A stretch of DNA of 7,865 bases from an uncultured archaeon (GCA_964648855.1 CAZYLT010000045.1:1-7865), one strand, 5' to 3'. Positions 1 to 7,805 are shown, counted from the first letter of the stretch. The notes: generated by a model from the sequence alone, not told the origin. A program made the numbers and translations.

Positions 1-116
1 CCACCGACTCAACCACCTGGAGTGTGCTGGGAGGTGATTTATTTTACAGGGCCCAATTAGGACTTGTCGCTACGCAACCAATCTAGGGAAGTATTCATGT
101 TTGAATACCAAGTGAC

Positions 117-140
117 TTATAAATCTGGAGAGGTTATTAA
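117..140 (+). promoter_or_regulatory. Candidate archaeal TATA box(es) for the 156-1511 gene
   Basis: TTATAAA at 117-123 and TTATTAA at 134-140, upstream of ATG 156. Confidence 0.45.
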
Positions 141-155
141 CTATAGTGATTATTC

Positions 156-1511
156 ATGCGCGCCTTCATAAGCAAAATAGTAACTACTTGGATCGTTATA
201 GCGCTCGTTACTCCATTTGTTTTCTTGCCGTCAATTTCAGCCTACCAGCCGGGTGACGAAGAGGAGATTTTCGGACATTCATTTGAGGAGGAATATTGGA
301 CAAATGATACGATATCTGTGGAGACCAGCGGCGGAAATGCTAGTTTCACTACATCTTATGTGAATCAGGAGAATTTCTCAGCATTTCTCATTGCATTCAA
401 TCGAATTGTGACAAATGATAGCACAGAGATAATCCTACCGTATCAGTTATTCGGAATGAACTACCTGACGCCCGAGGGCAAAGAAGTGTTTATCGGGTCA
501 ATCTTCGCATTCCTGCTTGTCCACAATGAAACTTATGGCGATAACAACTTGCCAGACGTCGGAAATGAGAATGCATGGTATGTTGTCCCTATGTCAACTG
601 GCAACCCATGGGATGACGTTTCTCCAGCTGTTGAATCAATACCTGTAGAAAAGATGGAAGAGGGACACTACCGGTTTGGCATGAGATACATAAACATGAC
701 CGCTAGGGTAGTATCAACTGGTGGAGAGTTCCTTCTAAGTCTACTATTCCCATTCATGACGGTTCTGTTCAGCGAAATCGTAGTAGAATACGACATTCAG
801 ATTGACCAGACGACGGGTGAGGTCCACGCTGAAACCATCTACACCATTGGTCAGGTGAAGCGAGCTCGAATTGGATTTCAGGACAAAGACCCCTCTGAAG
901 TTATCAATGAGAATATGGAAATAAGTGCAGTGCATTATCTATCGACATTTGAGAGCAATTACAATGTAACGCATTCCTCCAGTGGAAATAGTATAGGACC
1001 TCCAACAAGCACCGACCTCTTGGATGATAATCTGACTATCACAATTGGTGATGACCAGGAGCGAGCCTTCGACATTGGATTGGGGAGGACCTACGACCTC
1101 ATCAATGAAACTACGGATGAAACAATACTAGAGAACCAGGATGCTCTTAACGCATTACTAGCCACCCAGCCTGGCGACTTCCTCCTAATAGCATGGCAAG
1201 CCCCGCTTTCTGCATTTCTCTTTGCACATATGGCCTACGGGCTTTCAGCTACAGTTCGGAACAGATATGATAATGCAGGAAAACTCGCGGCTAACGCCAC
1301 GAATGCGTTTCATAGCAGTCATTGGTGGTATTCAGTGACGTTCCCCGAGTGGAATGGATTGAGAGTTCAACAAGATCCCGTCTATACCGCATACACGGAT
1401 CTAGCAGAAGAAATTCTCCCAGGACCTTCAGATGCAAACAATTTCCTCCTATTCATAGGAATTGGTCTTGTTGCAGTAATCGCTATCGTCTGGGTCCTAA
1501 GAAGAAGATAG
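156..1511 (+). CDS. Secreted, C-terminally membrane-anchored surface (glyco)protein of unknown function, 451 aa
   Basis: Long ORF. N-terminal signal-peptide-like segment (MRAFISKIVTTWIVIALVTPFVFLPSISA), acidic Ser/Thr-rich body with 10 N-x-S/T sequons, and a C-terminal hydrophobic helix plus basic tail (FLLFIGIGLVAVIAIVWVLRRR). Confidence 0.85.
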   Translation: MRAFISKIVTTWIVIALVTPFVFLPSISAYQPGDEEEIFGHSFEEEYWTNDTISVETSGGNASFTTSYVNQENFSAFLIAFNRIVTNDSTEIILPYQLFGMNYLTPEGKEVFIGSIFAFLLVHNETYGDNNLPDVGNENAWYVVPMSTGNPWDDVSPAVESIPVEKMEEGHYRFGMRYINMTARVVSTGGEFLLSLLFPFMTVLFSEIVVEYDIQIDQTTGEVHAETIYTIGQVKRARIGFQDKDPSEVINENMEISAVHYLSTFESNYNVTHSSSGNSIGPPTSTDLLDDNLTITIGDDQERAFDIGLGRTYDLINETTDETILENQDALNALLATQPGDFLLIAWQAPLSAFLFAHMAYGLSATVRNRYDNAGKLAANATNAFHSSHWWYSVTFPEWNGLRVQQDPVYTAYTDLAEEILPGPSDANNFLLFIGIGLVAVIAIVWVLRRR

Positions 1512-1523
1512 TCGCAACAGAGC

Positions 1524-1570
1524 ACTTCGAATCCCGTTCCTAGGATTCGGAGTCAGAATTCCTTTTTTAT
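1524..1570 (+). terminator. Hairpin plus T-tract between convergent genes
   Basis: ACTTCGAATCC (1524-1534) pairs with GGATTCGGAGT (1543-1553), 11 bp with one G-U. TTTTTT follows at 1563-1568. Confidence 0.5.
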
Positions 1571-1599
1571 TAACTCTGAACATATCAGGCATTAGAGTA

Positions 1600-2214
1600 C
1601 TACTCATCAATCATGGTGCCTGGAGGATATTCCGTCATGAACTCATCTCGGAGGATATCCATATACAGCAGTCCTTTGTAATCGCCATCCACAAACTCAG
1701 TTTCTCGAAAAACTCCAACCTTCTCGAATCCCGCTTTCTCTGCGACATGTATTGCTCGCGGATTGTCTTCCATAATGTCTAGGTATATGCTATGGAGCCC
1801 TAGTATGTGAAATCCAAACCAGAGCATAAGCCGTGTGGCATCCGTTCCATATCCCTTTAGTCGCTGGTCTGGGTCATAGATTGATACCCCGATAGACGCA
1901 CGCATATGGGGGACTTTGATGTCATAGAAACGGGCTATGCCCAATAAGCTGCGGCTCTCTTTCTCGCATATTGCAAAATACACTCTTCCGTCCTGCCATG
2001 GGTCCAGTCGCACACTCTTGTCGAGCCATTCGCTCATGGCGTCGCGAGACTTCGGAATAGGAACACCCATCCATCTTCTCAAGTCCCACTGATTGTACGA
2101 TTCTGTAATTGAGTCTAAATCAGACATCTCCAATGCGCGGAGATAGACAAGCCTTCCATTGTACATAGGCTGATGAAGGTGTATATGTTGATAAATCTCG
2201 TCAAATATAGACAT
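1600..2214 (-). CDS. GNAT family N-acetyltransferase (RimJ/RimL-like)
   Basis: Typical RimJ/RimL pattern: 'VYLRALEMSDL', acetyl-CoA motif A 'QRLKGYGTDA', 'NPRAIHVAEKAGFEKVGVFRE', C-terminal 'YMDILRDEF'. Substrate unknown. Confidence 0.9.
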   Translation of the reverse strand: MSIFDEIYQHIHLHQPMYNGRLVYLRALEMSDLDSITESYNQWDLRRWMGVPIPKSRDAMSEWLDKSVRLDPWQDGRVYFAICEKESRSLLGIARFYDIKVPHMRASIGVSIYDPDQRLKGYGTDATRLMLWFGFHILGLHSIYLDIMEDNPRAIHVAEKAGFEKVGVFRETEFVDGDYKGLLYMDILRDEFMTEYPPGTMIDE

Positions 2215-2346
2215 GAAAGAGTCATCTGTTAAGGGTCAAGCTCTGGGGTATCCAATTTTTCTGAGTTTAGCTTTTAGGCAAATTATCAAACCAAAATTTG
2301 TCTTGATAGTAACTCATGCCTGAGTGCGTGATATCCATCCAATGCA

Positions 2347-2481
2347 TCACAGCCGTCCTTTATCAAATTGAGCTGGAGCATATTTACCTCTGGCGTATAA
2401 CCTGATATGGATCATATTACTGCCAATGAGTGCAACGAGCATCAGAGCTGTAATCAGTGAAACGATGGTGAGACGCATCAT
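2347..2481 (-). CDS. Possible small single-helix membrane protein (44 aa), or remnant of a frameshifted gene
   Basis: ATG 2481 to TGA 2349-2347 gives MMRLTIVSLITALMLVALIGSNMIHIRLYARGKYAPAQFDKGRL. Hydrophobic N-terminal helix; same strand as both neighbours; too short to appear in the ORF track. Confidence 0.3.
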   Translation of the reverse strand: MMRLTIVSLITALMLVALIGSNMIHIRLYARGKYAPAQFDKGRL

Positions 2482-2555
2482 AGGAAATGGAATACTATAG
2501 AACCAATCCCATCTTTCTTGCTTCTATTCTCGACCATGTCACTGAGCATGAACAA

Positions 2556-4415
2556 TCATATGAATTTGGCTGGAGATATGATGTCGCCGAATCTTTCCCT
2601 TGCCTCCTCAAGCCGTTGCTGCTGCTCATCCAATAGCCGATAGAATATGTCAGGCACATGTTTTACACTGTCTTCGTATGTATTCCGAATACGAGCTGTT
2701 TTCGCAACCAATTGTGGAATTCTTACTGAAAACTGCGTTTCATAATCTTCTTCCGAAAACTCTTTGCCCAAGTGTGTGTCAAACAGTCTCCTGAGGTCGG
2801 AATAGAGAGGAATGTAGCCTGTGGGAGTTCTTATGGCGTCTGCTTCCTTATGAATTCTCAAATCCATCCAATGTAACCAGACAAGTTTGTCTCGTATCGC
2901 ATTCAGATAATTTCCAGCCTCGTCCTTTAGAAAATAATTCACTGAAAATATCTTAGGAGCTTTTGGTACGAATTCACCAAAGTCCAGATGATTCTGAATA
3001 TATTCACCCAATGGAATCGATACAAAATCCATATTTGAAAATGGTTGGAATTTTCTTATGCCACTCTTACCTAGAGTGGCAGCTGTTGTCTCTGACTCTA
3101 AGCTGGCACCCATGGTGATGACGCCATGGTCCCAACTGAATGACTGTTGAACAGGCACCCAAGTGTCAGGATCTCGGCCTCCATAAATAATCCCACCTAT
3201 CGGTACACCTTCGGCTTTATTCAGGCCATCATCTAGATTTGGTAGACCCTGAAGCTCGATTGTGTAGCGGGCATTCTTATGAGCTGGCAAAATCTCCTCA
3301 CCATTAGCATCGACCTTACCCTCATACCAGATTCCAGAGTGGTTTACTCCTCGTTTCGGGGTTTCTCTACCATCACCAAGCCAATATGGCACCCCATTGT
3401 GAACAAGCACGTTAGAGAATATGACAGGTTGGTCTGAGTGCAAGACATCCCAGATAACCGGGTCATTTTCCTTGGAAACCGACCGTATGATGCCAAATAT
3501 GCCACTTTCGACGTTTACTCCCCTAACCTCGTCATCTATGGTCTTCAGATAAGCAATATCGTCGCCTACTATTGTTGCACCTTGAATCATGGATGTGCTC
3601 GTCTTTCCACAGCCACTCGGGAAGGCTCCGGTGAGGTATGTCTTCCTTTCATCTGGCCCATGAACCGCCATCAAGAACATGTGTTCTGCGAGCCAATCCT
3701 CTCTGTCCGCCTTTCGGATCGCAAGTCGCAGTGCCAGTTTCTTCAGGCCGATGGTGTTACCAGCATATTGAGTATTTACGCTATAGACTGTATTCTCCTT
3801 GTAATCAATAGCAACTCCCCGCTTATCCCAGTCAACACTTGTTCCATGAACCAATTTTCCCGAAGAGTGGAGCATCCAGAAAATCTCAGCGTCATTTGGC
3901 AGTTTCTTGAAATATTCGTAGCCCTGGCGATAGAGAAGATCCTCACTATGTGCAACATAGAACGAATCCGTGATCTGAATACAGGGAACTGAAAATGGTG
4001 AGTCCACCGGACCCAAACAAAAGAAACGAGCTACGAGTTTCTTGTTATGCATACTCCCCTTTAGGCGTCTCTTAACCATCTCCAAGCCTTCTTGGCGGTC
4101 CATTTGGGATAGCTGATCTCCCAGGCTTTCACCTTCCGGGACAAGATAGACGGTCCGTTCTTTGTCTCGTGCCTGGTCATAGAAACCGTCAAAGTGAACA
4201 GTATGATTAGGATTGGCAAGCTGAGTTTCTTCTCCGCGAGCTATGGCGGTCTTGCGAATATAACCGACATCTTCTTCTGCGTCATTACAGACGAATACCT
4301 TCATCGGCTCACAGAGGTTGATAGCATTAGCAATAAAATCGTGAACTCGAGGATTTCGAATCTTCATTAACTTTCTAAAATTGGCGTCATTGAGAGACTG
4401 GTCCAGAATCTCCAT
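2556..4415 (-). CDS. pckG: Phosphoenolpyruvate carboxykinase (GTP), archaeal type, ~619 aa
   Basis: Motifs YAGNTIGLKK, WLAEHM (metal-binding His), P-loop GAFPSGCGKTS, kinase-2 VGDDIA, IYGGR and VNYFLKD. Start placed at ATG 4415 (M53 of the track ORF) because the upstream 52 codons overlap the promoter region and ~620 aa fits this family. The exact start could be a few codons upstream (GAGGTG at 4439-4434). Confidence 0.95.
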   Translation of the reverse strand: MEILDQSLNDANFRKLMKIRNPRVHDFIANAINLCEPMKVFVCNDAEEDVGYIRKTAIARGEETQLANPNHTVHFDGFYDQARDKERTVYLVPEGESLGDQLSQMDRQEGLEMVKRRLKGSMHNKKLVARFFCLGPVDSPFSVPCIQITDSFYVAHSEDLLYRQGYEYFKKLPNDAEIFWMLHSSGKLVHGTSVDWDKRGVAIDYKENTVYSVNTQYAGNTIGLKKLALRLAIRKADREDWLAEHMFLMAVHGPDERKTYLTGAFPSGCGKTSTSMIQGATIVGDDIAYLKTIDDEVRGVNVESGIFGIIRSVSKENDPVIWDVLHSDQPVIFSNVLVHNGVPYWLGDGRETPKRGVNHSGIWYEGKVDANGEEILPAHKNARYTIELQGLPNLDDGLNKAEGVPIGGIIYGGRDPDTWVPVQQSFSWDHGVITMGASLESETTAATLGKSGIRKFQPFSNMDFVSIPLGEYIQNHLDFGEFVPKAPKIFSVNYFLKDEAGNYLNAIRDKLVWLHWMDLRIHKEADAIRTPTGYIPLYSDLRRLFDTHLGKEFSEEDYETQFSVRIPQLVAKTARIRNTYEDSVKHVPDIFYRLLDEQQQRLEEARERFGDIISPAKFI

Positions 4416-4482
4416 GGTATCGAGCAGTTTGCACACCTCAACAGAACGTAGTAGCCCTGTCACATTTTGCTTAGGCCGTGTG

Positions 4483-4496
4483 TTTATAATTTCACC
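4483..4496 (-). promoter_or_regulatory. Candidate BRE/TATA promoter of pckG
   Basis: Minus strand reads GGTGAAA-TTATAAA, with TATA at 4489-4483, about 70 nt upstream of ATG 4415. Confidence 0.55.
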
Positions 4497-4679
4497 GTCA
4501 GTTGCAAAAGTTTCACGATGATTCTTACTATCTCTTGAGCAAGAAGTTCTCCCATCTCCCAATATGTCCAATCATGCAGGTCGGTAAAAGCAAGACTGAT
4601 TAAGCACATTGTTTGAGTCGTGTTGTGGGGCATCATCTCGTTGATGCCTAGTTGCACTCAAGCCAACTGGTGACAAATA

Positions 4680-6863
4680 TTGACTATAAAGGAATTCAAG
4701 TATGAAATCCCCAAACTTGAGCACGGTTACAACAACCAAACGCTCTACATCAACCTGTCTGACAATTCAATTCAAATCAAACCGGTTGATGAAAAGATGA
4801 AAGAGGCATTTACTGGAGGCAAGGGTTTTGACCTCTGGTTAATGTGGAATAGCTTACCCAACGACAAGATTGTGAAGTGGGATGACAAAGAAAATGTGCT
4901 CTGCATTGCTTGCGGACCTCTTGGTGGCGTGACGATGTATCCAGGAGCAGGCAAATCTATCGTGACAACAATCTCACCTGCAACTGGTATTCCAATTGAC
5001 AGCAATGTTGGAGGCTATTTTGGACCTAATCTGAAATTCGCAGGATTCGATGCCATGGAGATCCAAGGCAAGGCAAAAGACGACGTCTACATTTTCATCG
5101 ATGGTGATAGGGGCAAAATCGAAATCCACGATGCGAGTGACCTTCCAGATACTGCTTACGAGATTACACGAGTCCTGAGTGAACGACATACCGAGAAAGA
5201 AGGAAAAGATATGTCTGTTGTCGCTGCTGGACCCGCTGCAGAACATGCCTGGATGGGCTGTCTGAATTTCAGCTGGTGGGACATGAGGCGTGATATCCCA
5301 CGTTACAAGCAAGCTGGAAGGGGAGGAACTGGCACAGTGTTCCGCAATAAGAAGGTCAAAGCACTTGCTGCAAAACTAGACAAGATCACTCTTGATATGA
5401 ATAACCCAGCTGACCCGGATGAGCTGAAAGACGTTGGTAGAAGCCACTCCCGAGAAATCCTGCAGCTTGATGAGAAGCAGAACCGCATGAGAGAGATTGG
5501 AACCGCTCACCTGCCGTCTATCATGGATGAATTCGATCTGCTCCCGACTAGAAATTTCAGAGCTGGTAGCGACCCCGAAGCCAAGTATCTGTATGGCGAT
5601 GTCTGGAAAAAATGCTATACCAATGAAGGAAAGGGATGGGACGGCTGTTGGAGACCCTGCGCCATCAATTGTTCTCATTGTATAGAGGACTTTGAGATTC
5701 GTACTGGAGACTTCGCTGGTCAGGAAGTTGTTGTCGACGGTCCAGAATACGAAACAATAGCGGGCTGTGGTTCCAACACTGGCATCTTCGACCCAAAATG
5801 GGTTGCGGAGATAAACTTCTATTGTGATGCATATGGCATCGACACCATCAGTTTTGGAACGACCATGGCCTTTGTCATGGAGCTGTTCGAAGGAGGACAT
5901 ATCGATAAAAAAGCAACAGGTGGCCATATCCTCAATTGGGGTGCTGCAGAACAGGCGCTCGCTGTATTGCATGAGATGGCATCCGGCGAAGGCTTTGGCG
6001 GTAATCACTTCGGAAAGGGTATTCGATATCTCAAGAAATATTTCGGAACTGAATTTGGCGTAGACCAAGATTTGATGCACGACATAGGAATGGAACACAA
6101 AGGGCTCGAGTACAGCGAGTACGTGACCAAAGAGAGCTTGGCTCAGCAGGGAGGTTATGGGCTTACTTTAAAGGGGCCTCAGCATGACGAAGCTTGGTTG
6201 ATTTTCCTCGATATGGTCCATAACTACATGCCAACCTTTGAAGATAAGGCAGAGGCGCTCTACTGGTTCCCCATGTGGCGGACGTGGTTCGGCCTTAACG
6301 GGCTCTGCAAGCTGCCTTGGAACGACGTCGTTCCCGCGGACAATGCAGACACCGATGAACCATCCAAAGTTCCCAAACACTTGCAGTACTATGCCCGATT
6401 CTTCCAGTCTATGACAGGCAGGGAAACAAAGCCCAATGATCTTATCATACAGTCTGAAAGGGTCTACAATTTCCAGCGCTTATTCAACATCCGACAGGGT
6501 AAGGGTCTAAGGCTCCATGACTCGTATATTCCGTATCGAAGCATGGGCCCGGTGACTGATTGGGAATATGAGAGCCGTCAGGACCGCTATGATGAACAGC
6601 TGAAGGAGCTGGGTGTTGACATCGAAGGCATGTCAATCACTGAGAGAAAAGACAGGCTCCGTGAGCATCGAGAAGAGATGTACGGACAGTTGACCGATGC
6701 AGCTTACAAGCGAAGAGGCTGGACACGTAACGGTGTACCAACCATGAAGAAGGTCAAGGAGCTCGGTATTGACTTTTCATCTGTTATCGAATGGGTAAAG
6801 AAATTTGAAGATTCTGAACCGCCCGAGGACACGCTACCCAAGAGTGACGATGCGTGGAAATAA
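4680..6863 (+). CDS. aor: Aldehyde:ferredoxin oxidoreductase family (tungstopterin/4Fe-4S, AOR/WOR family), 727 aa
   Basis: TTG start with GGTGA RBS at 4669-4673. AOR-family motifs: SPATG..DSNVGGYFG..LKFAGFD, AGRGGTGTV, Cys cluster CWRPCAINC, GPEYET, CDAYGIDTISFG, distal Cys in GLCKLPW, C-terminal RGWTRNGVPT. Substrate not determinable from sequence. Confidence 0.93.
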   Translation: MTIKEFKYEIPKLEHGYNNQTLYINLSDNSIQIKPVDEKMKEAFTGGKGFDLWLMWNSLPNDKIVKWDDKENVLCIACGPLGGVTMYPGAGKSIVTTISPATGIPIDSNVGGYFGPNLKFAGFDAMEIQGKAKDDVYIFIDGDRGKIEIHDASDLPDTAYEITRVLSERHTEKEGKDMSVVAAGPAAEHAWMGCLNFSWWDMRRDIPRYKQAGRGGTGTVFRNKKVKALAAKLDKITLDMNNPADPDELKDVGRSHSREILQLDEKQNRMREIGTAHLPSIMDEFDLLPTRNFRAGSDPEAKYLYGDVWKKCYTNEGKGWDGCWRPCAINCSHCIEDFEIRTGDFAGQEVVVDGPEYETIAGCGSNTGIFDPKWVAEINFYCDAYGIDTISFGTTMAFVMELFEGGHIDKKATGGHILNWGAAEQALAVLHEMASGEGFGGNHFGKGIRYLKKYFGTEFGVDQDLMHDIGMEHKGLEYSEYVTKESLAQQGGYGLTLKGPQHDEAWLIFLDMVHNYMPTFEDKAEALYWFPMWRTWFGLNGLCKLPWNDVVPADNADTDEPSKVPKHLQYYARFFQSMTGRETKPNDLIIQSERVYNFQRLFNIRQGKGLRLHDSYIPYRSMGPVTDWEYESRQDRYDEQLKELGVDIEGMSITERKDRLREHREEMYGQLTDAAYKRRGWTRNGVPTMKKVKELGIDFSSVIEWVKKFEDSEPPEDTLPKSDDAWK

Positions 6864-6877
6864 TTTGTAACTAGCAT

Positions 6878-6918
6878 GGAAGGTTGACCAAACAACCTTC
6901 TTGGTAACATTTCTTTCC
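6878..6918. terminator. Inverted repeat between convergent genes, possible terminator
   Basis: Perfect 8-bp stem GAAGGTTG (6879-6886)/CAACCTTC (6893-6900) with a 6-nt loop, 15 nt after the aor stop, followed by pyrimidine-rich TTTCTTTCC. Confidence 0.45.
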
Positions 6919-6962
6919 TAGACGCCAGCAAATACATAGCAATAGGATGTGGTGTAGGCGTC

Positions 6963-7422
6963 CTAGACGACTTCTTCCATTGCTCGTCGAGCTGAATTTT
7001 CCATGGCTTCTACTCTTCTCAGATGCCAGCCCTCAAGCCCGGACTTGAGCACGTCAATATTGTTCAGAATCTCAACTGAGGGGCGGGCTCTAATATGTCG
7101 CAATACTCTATACCGACTATAATGCGTACTGCTTGCACATATTTCCACAAGACGGGTTGTCACATTCTCACCAGCCAACTTGCTGATAGCCCTCAGAGCA
7201 CTTGCACCCCAGTTTCTACCTTTGTTTACAAATGGCAGAAGGCTATCGAGAGACTCCGCCAATCCAATCTCACCAAGCACTCTGAATATCTTAACTGCAG
7301 TATAGTAGTACTTGGTCTGCGATAAGAATTCGTGTAGATGTGGTGCTACAACCGAATAGGCATGTTCCTCTAGATAAACTATTTCTGACAGATTGAGTGA
7401 CCTCAACGTGTCTGAAACTTCT
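6963..7422 (-). pseudogene. HEAT/PBS-lyase-repeat-like helical protein, probably 5'-truncated
   Basis: About 150 open codons with HEAT-like helical pairs (VKIFRVLGEIGLAESLDSLLPFV; ASALRAISKLAGENVTTRLVEI). The track's GTG start (7451) lies inside the GC-rich structured island. In host-like sequence there is no ATG near the 5' end, although an in-frame TTG near 7406 could serve as a start. Confidence 0.5.
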
Positions 7423-7805
7423 GTGTTCCACCCGTCCCCTGCCAGCGTCACCGCCCCCAGCGTACCCGAAGGCCACTGAGTCAGCAGGGGCTTTGTCTGT
7501 GGTCATCGGGATGGGATCCCTCCCACAGTCCTGGCTTCCTCCTCCTGTGCATGTCCTGAGGCATCACTCTCAGCCACAGGGAGGCTTTCCACAGTCTTTA
7601 CCACGGCGGGTTCATGATCACCCTTCCTGGCTCCGTCACCGAAGGCAGCAAGACTCGTCTGAGCATGGTGAACAGCCGCGGACTCTCCGGGAGCTGATGG
7701 ACTTCCTTGTGTGGAGAGTAAGGACCTCCGTCGAGAAGAAGACTTCTTCCCTCGGGCTTTCGGCGGCGAGCTCCGCGCGACGTTGCTGGCCCACTCACCT
7801 AGTCC
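7423..7805 (-). ncRNA. Large structured non-coding RNA (~380 nt); candidate TnpB-type omega/reRNA scaffold
   Basis: About 62% GC (222/360 over 7441-7800) versus about 40% over 7321-7420. Minus-strand hairpins near 7754-7732, 7729-7713, 7623-7608 (K-loop), 7606-7589, 7584-7541, 7528-7497 (K-turn) and 7480-7456 (cUUCGg), with outer stem 7490-7482/7444-7436. Many G-U pairs work only on the minus strand. TATA box 28 nt upstream. RNA ends are approximate. Confidence 0.65.

Noticed and set aside
1-86. Possible 3' end of an upstream plus-strand gene (…TDSTTWSVLGGDLFYRAQLGLVATQPI*)
   Set aside because: Too short and cut by the window edge to support a call.
1524-1553. tRNA fragment or att site (TTCGAATCCC resembles a T-arm)
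   Set aside because: No cloverleaf, acceptor stem or nearby integrase. Better explained as an intergenic hairpin.
4508-4515. AAGTTTCA in the pckG-aor intergenic region matches part of the predicted guide
   Set aside because: Only 8 nt, which is expected by chance in a window of this size. No basis for calling it a target.
4416-4571. 52-aa N-terminal extension of PEPCK in the ORF track
   Set aside because: It overlaps the TATA box and divergent promoter region. Family length fits a start at or near ATG 4415.
744-7325. Numerous short overlapping or antisense ORFs in the track (e.g. 744-935, 3438-3992, 4974-5312, 5376-6098, 7095-7325)
   Set aside because: They are shadow frames of well-supported genes and have no motifs of their own.
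7497-7528. Eukaryote/Asgard-type SECIS element
   Set aside because: AUGA is on the 3' strand rather than the 5' strand, there is no apical AA loop, and no convincing in-frame UGA selenoprotein is present in the window.
7387-7805. RNase P RNA: AAGGAAGUCC resembles CR-I, ACAGAAG resembles CR-V, and a weak 5'/3' pairing UGAGUG/CACUCA exists
   Set aside because: The two segments cannot form the universally conserved P4 helix, the spacing is wrong, and the ACAGAAG part lies in the HEAT-like reading frame. An Rfam search would settle it.
7423-7805. SRP (7S) RNA, because of the size and the GGACUAGG start
   Set aside because: No helix-8 SRP54-binding motif (CAGG...GNRA...AGCA) seen on either strand.
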